This document shows positions 54,918 to 64,000 of a DNA stretch of 64,000 nt, piece after piece (position 1 is the stretch's first letter; every line of letters starts with the position of its first letter). This DNA comes from Chrysemys picta bellii (Eukaryota), in assembly GCF_011386835.1 (NCBI RefSeq), contig NC_088794.1, positions 11,160,001 through 11,224,000 of the forward strand, written 5' to 3'. The position numbers and the translations under genes were made by a program. A model generated the notes under the pieces. It was not told the origin of the DNA. It searched no databases and saw only the letters and a program-made list of their open reading frames with translations.

Positions 54918-57837
54918 ATGGAGAATTTCTCGGCTCTCTTCGGAGGGGCCGAGCCACCGCCTCCCGCTGCGGCTACCGCGCTGGGCTTCGGGACGGGGAA
55001 GCCGGGGGGGCCCGGCGCCGGGCCGCCCCCCGCAGCCGCCGCGCCCCAGACCGCGGAGGACGCCGCCCGCAAGGCCGCGGCTGCTAGCGGCCCCTTCTAC
55101 CTGATGCGGGAGCTACCAGGTACGGGGCCAATGGAGCTCGTGGGGGCGGCCCTGAGGGGGCTGGCCAATCGCATCGCTCAGACGCGTCTGATTGGCCTCT
55201 CTCTCCACCTATCTATGGCTGGGGCTGCTTTCTCCAGCCCAATAGGCAAAACAGACGGGCCAGTGGAGGCGGGACTTGGGGGGGCCAGTGGATATGAATG
55301 CGTGGATTGGCAGCTCTGAGAGCCAATAAGGATGGAATAAGACGTTTGTGAAGATTCGGGGAGATGGAGTCTCGTAGCCAATGGGAGGGTAAAGTTTGTG
55401 GGAGATGGGGGCTGCTCCCAACTGGGTCCGCGTTAGCCATTTCCCAGAATCCTCTGGGCCAGGGCCAGTGCTAGTGGTGGGGAGGGTAGGATGGGGAGGG
55501 GGCCCAGCGGGGCAGTGGAGGTGGGGGCATGTTACGCTCTCACCCGACGTAGACCCAAGGCCCTGGCTGCTCAGCCCAGCTCCCCCGGGGGCTGGGCCGT
55601 TTTGTGGGGTTAAATCCCGTCTCCGCTCCCCCGTTGCCAGCTGGACACGCAAGTCTCCGTTGCTCACTGTGGTGCTGCCATGCCCCGACCCGAACTGGGC
55701 TTAGCGGAGGGGGTCGCCCCCCGGTCTTGAGCAGTCCGGGCTCCGTTGGGCTCTGCCTGTAGCCAGTGCGCCACAGACATTAACGAAGCCTCACAGCCAT
55801 GCTGGGCCAGGCAAGTGCCAACCCCAGCTTGCAGCGGGAGAGAGAGTTGAAGTGAATTTGCTCAGGGCCAGAGGGGAAGTCAGTGGCAGAGCTGGGCAGG
55901 GAAGCCAGGAGTCCTGGCTCCCAGTCCTGGGTGGAGACTGCTCCATTTCGCTGCCTTCAGCAAGGCTGGGTGTCCGTGTAAAGCGCTGCTCTCCTGGTTC
56001 CTTCCCAGGCAACATGGAACTGACGGGCAGCACCAACCTGATCACACACTACAACCTGGAACACTCCTACAACAAATTCTGCGGCAAGAAGGTGAAGGAG
56101 AAGCTGAGCAACTTTCTGCCTGACCTGCCAGGGATGATCGACTTGCCGGGCTCACATGACAACAGCAGCCTGCGCTCCCTTATTGAGAAGCCACCCATCT
56201 GCAGCAGCTCCTTCAACCCTATCACTGGCACCATGTTGACTGGCTTCCGCCTGCATGCCGGCCCGGTGAGCTTCTCCCTGAGCTGCTGGGAATGGGAGGG
56301 TAGCTTTGGGGTTGGGGTCAGGGAAGTGGGGACTCTGAGGTTTGGGTTGGGGGAGATGAGGCAAAGAGTCTGCTGAGAAAACAAAACACCCTTGCTGGTT
56401 GACAGGTGATATGTAGTGGGAAGGGAGGTGATGTTTGGAGAAACTCCACCACCCCCACCTACCCTGATCTTTGTCTCTTCCAGTTGCCAGAACAGTGTCG
56501 CTTGATGCACATCCAGCCACCCAAGAAGAAAAATAAACACAAGCACAAGCAGAGCCGCACCCAGGATCCTGTTCCCCCAGGTAAAGGCTGCACTCCACAA
56601 ATCCAGCCATTCCCTCTCCCAGACATAGAGCAGCACCCTCCAAATCTTCACCAGGCCCCAGCAATGTCATAGCAATGCCAACCCTCCCCCATCTCCCAGG
56701 AGGGAACTCACCTGAATGCAAATATGTGTCTCTCTTTGCAGAAACCCCCTCAGACTCTGACCACAAGAAGAAGAAGAAGAAAAAGGAGGAGGATCCAGAG
56801 CGGAAGAGGAAGAAGAAAGAGAAGAAGAAAAAGAAGGTAGGTGGCAGCAAGGGGGGAAGAACTCCTGGTTCACTTCCCCACCAGCCTGGCTATGCTCACC
56901 GTACTGGGGTGGGGCAGGACTTGGAATGTATCCAACCCCCTCCTGGTTACCCCCCTGCTCTGGAGCCTCTGTCCTAATGTAATGGCCCTGGAGAGATGGG
57001 GTTTGGATGTCGCTGGTGATCCATGTGGTCCCACCTAGAGCGGGCAGAAAAATAGGCTTTTGCCCTCTGAAAAAGTGTCTGAGACAGAGAGAGAGACCCC
57101 CCTCAGAGGTGGGTGGGCACTGTGTGTGGGTGTGACTCCTCCCTGGGAAGAGTGTGGGGGGGTGGATGTTGGGGTGGGGACTGTGTGGGTGTGACCCCTC
57201 CCTGGGGGGCGGGGGGTAGTTTTTCGGAAACTCAAGACTCAAAGATTTTTGATTAAGAAATGCTGGTGTGGTGACTCCTGGGAGTTGTAGTTCAGGTTCC
57301 TCATGCCCCCTCTTCTATAGGGCAGGCTTCTTGGTTAGTCTACATCTCCCATGATGCACCACTTTCCCACTCCATGAGAGTCCCTGGCCATGGTGCACCA
57401 TGGGAGATTTAGTCTGGCTAGGGAGCCTGGCCTAGAGAGAGGAATGGAGACACGGAGCGCCTGAACTACAGCTCACATGAGACACCAAAGCTGCATTTGC
57501 AGATTGAAATATTGGAGGTGTTTGATTTTTAGTAGGAAACTGACATTTCCTGTGGAAATCGCATGCTGTGGGGGGACAAGTGGGTACATATAGAAACCCC
57601 AGTTAGGGGGCTGGAAAACACTGAGGCCAAAAATTCTGAGTCTTCTTCCCCCCCCTCCCCCCCTGCTCTGATTGGTCCCTGGGCTGAGGAATCCTGTCCT
57701 GACTCTCAACCCCCATAGCCCCACTGTGAATCCTCACAGGGGTCGGTCTGTCTGTCTGTCTGACCTAGAACCGGCACAGCCCAGAGCATCCAGGCGTGGG
57801 CAGCTCCCAAGCCAGCAGCAGCAGCAGCCTCCGGTGA
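54918..57837 (+). CDS. MED19: Mediator complex subunit 19, 239 aa; exons 54918-55119, 56009-56265, 56484-56580, 56742-56836, 57769-57837
   Basis: MENFSALFG...GPFYLMRELP|GNMELTGSTNLITHYNLEHSYNKFCGKKVKEKLSNFLPDLPGMID...|LPEQCRLMHIQPPKKKNKHKHK...|ETPSDSDHKKKKKKKEEDPERK...|NRHSPEHPGVGSSQASSSSSLR*. GT-AG introns, phase-consistent (720 nt). A second in-frame ATG lies at 54915. Confidence 0.97.
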
Positions 57838-58137
57838 GGTGCCAACTCTGACCATGGCACTGGGATCGCTCCAGGGAGACGCCCATCATCGACTTGCTGA
57901 GTGCTGGGGAGAGCGGCGCTGGAGGCGACATTAGGAATACCCCAGAGCAGCTCACAGGGGGGAACTGGGCTGCCCCACCGGGGGCCCCAGTGTGTACAGA
58001 TATCCCAGGGCATCAGCCTGGTGGGAGCACAGACTCCGCTGGAGAGGGGGCACCGGCTGCTGCCTTTAAGGCTTGCTCGTCCCTTTTATACCAAATAATC
58101 CTCTCAGGAGCAGAGGCTCTTTTTTATTCACATTTTA

Positions 58138-58143
58138 ATTAAA
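58138..58143 (+). terminator. Candidate MED19 polyadenylation signal ATTAAA
   Basis: ATTAAA about 300 nt after the stop, preceded by T-rich elements. Confidence 0.5.
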
Positions 58144-61100
58144 TCTCTGCTTGGAGGAGACGCCGGTGGCTCTGTTTGAAAGTGCCCTGCTCACTGCCTG
58201 TGCCTGGGTAGGCCTGGGCTCCCCACCCCTGGGCCAGGGCAGCAGGGCAGAGCGGGGGCTGGCCCAGCCACCAGCAGAGTGAGCCTTGAGGACATAGATT
58301 TCAGCAGGGGCCTGGACTGCGGGAAGCAGATAACAGGTCGGATGGGCAGAGCTCAGCCTCCTGGCAGTGTGGCGCAGAGGGGACGAAGGGGCCGAGTCTA
58401 TTTCCTAAGGGGGCAGGTGTCCGGCTCACAACTCTCCAGGGCGTTAATTAGGCCCAATCCTGACCAGGCAATGGGGAGCAGACTCCTGGGTTCAGCCAGG
58501 CAGCTCTGCTGCAGGGCTCTGGCTCTAGCATGGCTGCCCGGAGCTAATGGCACAAGCCTCGTGGGGGTGGGGGACAGCCTGTTGTTTTCTGCTGCCCTGG
58601 CCAGCAGGGGGCACTACCCTCACTGAATCAACCACATGGTGCTGCAGTGCCCAGGGCTGGAGGAGGCTGTTCGTACTCTGCTGCTGAAGGTAGTAACTGC
58701 CCAGCTGCCCGAGTCAGTTTGGTTCCCTGTGCATCCCCTAGGAACCCTCCCACCCCAGCCCGGCTCTCAGCTGCCTCTCTTCCTGTTAAGGGGGCAGAGT
58801 GGCTGGTGCCTTAACCAGTGGTTCTAGTTCCCTTCCTCCTTCTGCAGGGAACTGCTTCACAGTGGAGGCCAGGCCGCGGAGCGCTGCTCCTCAGGGCTTG
58901 ACTCCCAGCAGTCCCCAGGGGGCCGCGTGTTTTACATCAATGGGAGGTGGACTCCCCGGAACTAGCCTGAAGCAGAACAAGCTCACAGCACCCTCTGCAT
59001 GGAGCATCTTGCATGCACCAGGGCTCGGGGGAAGCTCTCCTGTGGTGGGGATCCCCCGTCCCAGCAGGTTTTGGGGCCCCTTCTCTCTGGACTGGGCTTC
59101 CTCACTGCTCCTCAAAGCTACCTGTGCCTCTCTTCTGTGCTGGGGGCAGGGCAGGGGGAGGTGTCACCACTGTTGCACTGGGGTTTTTCCCCCAGGCTGG
59201 GTTTTTGTTGGGGGAGGGAGAATATGCCCTCTGCCCTGTAGGTGTGAGCCAAGCACAGGCTATCTCCATGGGGTAGTAGCTGCTGCCTTCCTGCAGGAAC
59301 CATGTGCCCTGCCTGGTGTGGGGCATTCAAGCAGGAGGAGCTCCATCCCTTTCCTGTGGTCCTCTCCTGAAGTGGTGGCTCTACCCATCCTGTCCCAGCA
59401 CAGCCTGCAGGGTTAAGCTGGATGCAGGCTGGAGCAGTGCAGTGCAGTGCAGTGCAGACCTGCCTCCCAGTGGTGATGACAGACTGGGGCCAACTAGGAG
59501 CCACTCCCGCTGGGAGGCAATGTGGGTCAGCTGCTGCAACCTCAGAAGGCAGCAGTGGCCAGAAATCCACCCCAGGTGGCAGCTCAGCCCCTCCCCAACA
59601 GCTGTGGGGTGGCTGTTGCCTCTTCTCCCCCCCCCCTTTGAAGCAGATGCTGTCTGACCCAGGCAGCGGTGTTCACCAGGCCCCCTGCAAAATACCACCG
59701 TGCAGCCTGGGTCCAATTCCTTCATGCAGCCCCAAGAGTCCCTGCTCCAGGGCCTGGCTGAACTGACTGTTACTTTCTTGGAGGAGGGTGGCACCTTTGC
59801 CATCCCCCCACCGCAGGATCTAGGCGATGGCGAACCGCTTCCCCTGGCAAGAGAGGGTAGCTGGGGAATCTGGCCCCAGCAGCAGGGCCTGTGTGCGGGA
59901 AGGGCCTAGCTAACTGCAGAGATGGGAGAGGCCCAAAGAGTGGAGCTTGTTGTCTTACTGTTGGGCAGTGCCCCGGAGCAGTGGAACAACCCTTCTCCCA
60001 TGAGACCTGTAAGGCCAATGCAGCTCTGGCCCAAGTATTCAAGTGTGCAAGCTTGGGATAACATGGCCAGTCACCCAGGCCAGCATAGAACCCAGGAGTC
60101 CTGACTTCCACTCCCTGGCTGTAGCTACCATCCCACAGCTGTAGGCAATAGGGTCACCCTTGCCTTGCCCCAGCCCCAGCCAACCAGGGAGCAGAGCTGC
60201 TCCGGTGATTACAACCTCCTCACAAGATTGAACTGGATTGGGGGTGGGGCACAGCTGGGTTCCTCTCCTGCTTTTACAGTGGAAGAGGAGGTACAGCCTG
60301 GGGCCCAGGTGCAAAGGGGCCAGCTGCTGCCCCCTGCTGTCTGTCCCCCCAGTAGGGCATCCCTTCTAATCCTGCTGAGGCTAGACATTCTCTGCCTATT
60401 CCCCCTGCTCCCCCAGCACCCACTGAGGTACCCCATTTCCATCCCTAGGTTCCAGCCCCCTAACTTTCTCTCCCCCTACCATCCTAGTTCAAGGAAGCTG
60501 TTGCCAGCTGTTACTGCACCTCCCTGGCTGAAATATCCACAGGCACAGGAGAGCCATGCTTTGGTTACAGACAGGCCAATACATAATGCCCAGCCGGCCG
60601 CCCCCCACAAGGACACTTGGGGGGGGGGGTGGTTAATGAGCTGGTTGGAGCTCTCCCTGGAGCAGCCGCGGCACCCTGCTATCTCATGCACTGAATGGGG
60701 GCCCTCACTGGATCCTGGCTAGCACCCTGGCATGGCGGCAGCTTTGCCCCATTCCCCTGCAGTCCCACCAGGTAGAGTTGGGAATTGACTGCCTTTCCCT
60801 GCCCCGGGACGCCCTCGAGCACTTACCCATCTCTGCTCCTTAGGGCTGGCTTACGCACCTGGCATTCCTGTTCTGCCAAGGCAGAGGGGTGCACTGTCAG
60901 AGCAGCCAGCCCCATTTCTGACCCAGCTTCAGCTACTAGGCATGTACACAGCTGAGGGGGGGGGGGTGCAGGTGGAGCCCAGTTCTGCCACATCCCACCC
61001 TGCCTGTAGACCTGGGCTAGAGTTGTCTCCCCTCCTGTTGGGAGGGTTAATTGAAGGGGTGACCACAGGTGCAGTAACCAGGTTTCCTTTGCTCGGGTAG

Positions 61101-63391
61101 TCATGCCCACCCCAATCATTTGCATGTTGTGTTTCTCTCTCGCTGTTTGCATGGTGCTCAGCTTGGCCGTGGCAGCTTTGCTTTCGCTTGCTCGTTGCCA
61201 GTTTTACACTCAGGTTCCCCACAGCACAGGGTGGGGATAGTCGGGTTGCAACAATTGCTGGGAAAGGCTTGTTTGCTTTAGTGAATCGCAGAAAGGTTTC
61301 CTTTACTTGGCTACGCGCACACGTTTGGGGGCAGATTTGACCCTGACACTCAGAACTTCCAGGCAGTTTGGAAACCTAACACTTTCGTAATGTGACAGCC
61401 AAAAATCCTAACACCCCCCCCTCCCCACACACACACAGACTAAGGAGCAGGTGGGAAAGCACAAGGGTGGTTCTAGTCAGTTCCTATTACAAACAATGAA
61501 TGAATGAGGAAGTTGTTCTCCTGCATCAAGCCTGCCAGCTTTTCACAGCAGAAACGAGGGCGTGAGCTGTAGTGCTCAAAAAGGGGCACAGATCTGAGCC
61601 TATGAACATTTATATGTTTACTGCAAACAGCCACTCCTACCGCAGAGCAGCAATTCACACGGAATAAAGTCAATGTTCGGGAGAGGGCGAACAAAGGGTG
61701 TGTCCTGTGTTTTCTGCTTGTCTTATCCTCCACTTGTATCTCAATCCCTTTCGGTATCTTGCTTCAACCCGATTTTCATAGCTGTTGCTCCTTTCTGAAC
61801 AGTTGCCATCAAAGTGCAGTGGTTTCTCCCAGCCACAGTTTGAGCCTGTGCCTTGGTTTCAGACGCCACCCACATACAGAAGTTACCCACCTAAGGTGAA
61901 TCCACTCGTTTGTATGGAAAGATCCCCCCCCCCCCGTGGGCCTGCACAGGCAATGGCCCGTCTAAAAGGTTTAGCATAGACAGCACCACATCACAAGTGA
62001 GGGGCCCTTTGCTATTAATTTGTGAAGCAGGACCTCACCGAGATGGGAACAACACTGCAGGACCATCCACAGAGGTGAAGTGGTCACTGCTGCAAGAAGG
62101 AACGTTGGGAGGAGGCCAGGATAGTAACATGAGTCTACATGAGTCTAGTCACCGTACAGCCAGGACTGATGACCTTATACAGGTCACTTATATGAGGACC
62201 AGTCCCCCAGAGATAGTGAGCCGGGGTCAGAATGCACAGAAGAGTCCACCTGATGGAATGGGCTCTGGCCGTCTCTAACGTGAGTGCACCCAGCCTTGTC
62301 CTGACCCATGTGGGGACACGAAGACCCTGGAATCCATCTCTCTCCAAAGGTTTGTCAGAGGAGACATACATGATAGTCCTTTCCCAGAGGATGGGAAAGA
62401 CCTCCGTCGCCAGAGGGCTGCAGAAAGAGCAGCTGCATTCAAAGGCATGGCATTCATCTTGGGGTGATCCACAAAGAGTGATTTGCTTCGCCACCTGCTT
62501 GACCTAGATGCCACACCTGGGGGGGTATCACCACTGGGCTGGGCTGGGCTGGGTTCATGTTCTTCCTTCTCCCTCAGGTTGACACTTAGGACCTATTGGG
62601 TGAGCCAGGTTCTAGTGCCCCACCTCCATAGCTTCTCATCACAGAAGAGAACCTATCCCTCGCTAAGTGTCTATGAAACTCTGACCCGACTGAATCAGAG
62701 CCATCTTCTGGAACGCCTATGCCCAAAGCAGACAGGAGCCACCTCCGCGCCAGGATGTTTGGATTCCTGCAGAGATCCTGCACCACAAGAGTAGGCTCCT
62801 AAGTCCCAGGGCAGGTGCATCTGTGGTCACTACAGTTCAGACTTGTGGAATTTAGGCAGTAATTCCATATCTCAAGTGCTCCCAAGTCAGTGCATGTCCA
62901 AGGGTCTGCTAGAGGCATAGGGAGCTGTGTGGTCTGGAGCCTTTGAGGATGGTCTCTTGTACAGATATGCCATAGCTCCCATAAAAAGTTACAGCCACGG
63001 GCTGCAACCTTCCTGGGGTAGTCGCTGCTGCTAATTCTGCCACACCTACAACACCCCAGAGTGCTAAGAGGCTTTTGAAACTGGCCCTTGGCTAGCAGCT
63101 ATGTATTCCAGCTGTCCCACAGGGATGAGCCTTTGGGTAATAGAAGGGGAATTCTCATGACTCAGCAACCCACTGGTCGAACAGAATTTTTAAACCCTTC
63201 CAAAGTGCTGTGAGTCTGATGGAGGAACAACCTTTCTTTGCAGACATCTACTACTTAGCTCTCTCTAGGTGCTTAGATGGCTCCCATTACTGCCGTATCT
63301 GAGGGCCTCACAAACAATGGCTCAGTCCAGCCCACATCCTCCTTACACAAAAGTGTACACTAGCACCCTTTGAAACACTAGCTTGGAAAAT

Positions 63392-63484
63392 GAAGAACAG
63401 GAGTACTTGTGGCACCTTAGAGACTAACAAATTTATTAGAGCATAAGCTTTCGTGGACTACAGCCCACTTCTTCGGATGCATAT
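63392..63484 (-). mobile_element. Penelope-like terminal fragment carrying a hammerhead motif
   Basis: gaagaacaggagtacttgtggcaccttagagactaacaaatttattagagcataagctttcgtggactacagcccacttcttcggatgcat, the same family as the 5966-6095 piece. Confidence 0.88.
63441..63482 (-). ncRNA. Minimal type I hammerhead ribozyme motif (CCGAAGA core variant)
   Basis: Minus strand GCAU-CCGAAGA-A-GUGGGC-UGUA-GUCCAC-GAAA-G-CUU^AUGC: helix I GCAU/AUGC, 6-bp helix II, palindromic AAGCUU helix III. Confidence 0.65.
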
Positions 63485-64000
63485 GCATATTAGAGAATAT
63501 TTAAAAGAAATAAACGATACAGAAAATTTGAAGCATTAGTTATTGGTCATTGGGGGTAACATACAGAGTATGGGGGTATGTTGGTGTTTTGGGGCTGGGC
63601 AGCACACATAGTATATACACACTGCAATGTCCCCAATGAGGGGTGGGTAACCGGTGGGCGGGATCAGGAGACAGTCGATAAACGGTGAGGGTCTATCACC
63701 CATACGGGAGGTAGAGACAGTCATGGGTATAAGTAAGCGGGCTGGGTAATGGGGATGGGGTGACCCTCCCGTGGCGGGATTCAGCTAGGTTTGGTGGGTT
63801 TAGGGCTCAGGGGATAGGGTCCAGCAGGGGGTGTGTGTGGGTGCACGAGGTCTCCCCGGCTCACTCTTGGTATTGGCGGTGGCCGGTGATGTGCTCGATG
63901 TAAATGTCCCGGGACCAACGGATAGCGTCCGAGACCATTAGGCGTCTCATGAGCCGCGCGTAATGACGGCCCACCCCACAGGTCCTCAGCACGCGTTCGT
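63485..64000 (-). mobile_element. 3' end of an RLE-type non-LTR retrotransposon (NeSL clade, Utopia-like); continues beyond the window
   Basis: Open minus frame 63998-63861, absent from the ORF track. It is followed by about 370 nt of presumed 3' UTR. Confidence 0.7.
63861..63998 (-). CDS. C-terminal 45 aa of an RT/RLE polyprotein (Utopia/NeSL-like), partial
   Basis: ERVLRTCGVGRHYARLMRRLMVSDAIRWSRDIYIEHITGHRQYQE*. The SDxIRWSRDIYxEHxTGHRQY tail is what I recall terminating Utopia-type RLE ORFs. Confidence 0.7.
   Translation of the reverse strand, partial: ERVLRTCGVGRHYARLMRRLMVSDAIRWSRDIYIEHITGHRQYQE

Noticed and set aside
57900-63390. Expected ZDHHC5 3' end (next gene by human synteny)
   Set aside because: I found no exon encoding a ZDHHC5-like C-terminus (...TTYEISV) on either strand. 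The many short ORFs here show no recognisable domains. The gene may lie beyond the window.
63490-63525. Weak resemblance of the retrotransposon 3' flank (TCTGTATCGTTTATTTCTTTTAAATATTC, minus) to the U2 snRNA target
   Set aside because: Only short AT-rich matches, no continuous U2 sequence and no U2 gene in the window.

Overview
Vertebrate genomic DNA, most likely a turtle. This is inferred from the repeat content: turtle-type Penelope, DIRS, CR1 and hAT/Harbinger MITE families. The window is syntenic to human 11q12.1. Left to right it holds the probable non-coding first exon and intron 1 of CTNND1 (-), a ~26-kb transposon-rich interval, BTBD18 (+, 2 coding exons, 728 aa), SELENOH (-, 3 coding exons, in-frame Sec UGA in a CKSU motif, SECIS in a non-coding last exon), TMX2 (-, 8 exons, 297 aa) and MED19 (+, 5 exons, 239 aa). 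TMX2 and MED19 share a CCAAT-dense bidirectional promoter. Mobile elements include a full-length but decayed DIRS1-like tyrosine-recombinase retrotransposon with both ITRs and the ICR, a truncated Penelope-like element (RT + GIY-YIG), several CR1 pieces, a solo LTR with a 5-bp TSD, and about ten hAT MITEs (five with perfect 8-bp TSDs). At the right edge is the 3' end of a NeSL/Utopia-like RLE retrotransposon abutting a Penelope hammerhead-ribozyme motif. The most striking feature is that about 1.8 kb of TMX2 intron 1 is a tandem array built from the exon-1/intron-1 junction itself, giving 27 GACTGG|GTGAGT donor sites in a row. All family and orthologue calls come from recognising motifs by eye; no database search was run.
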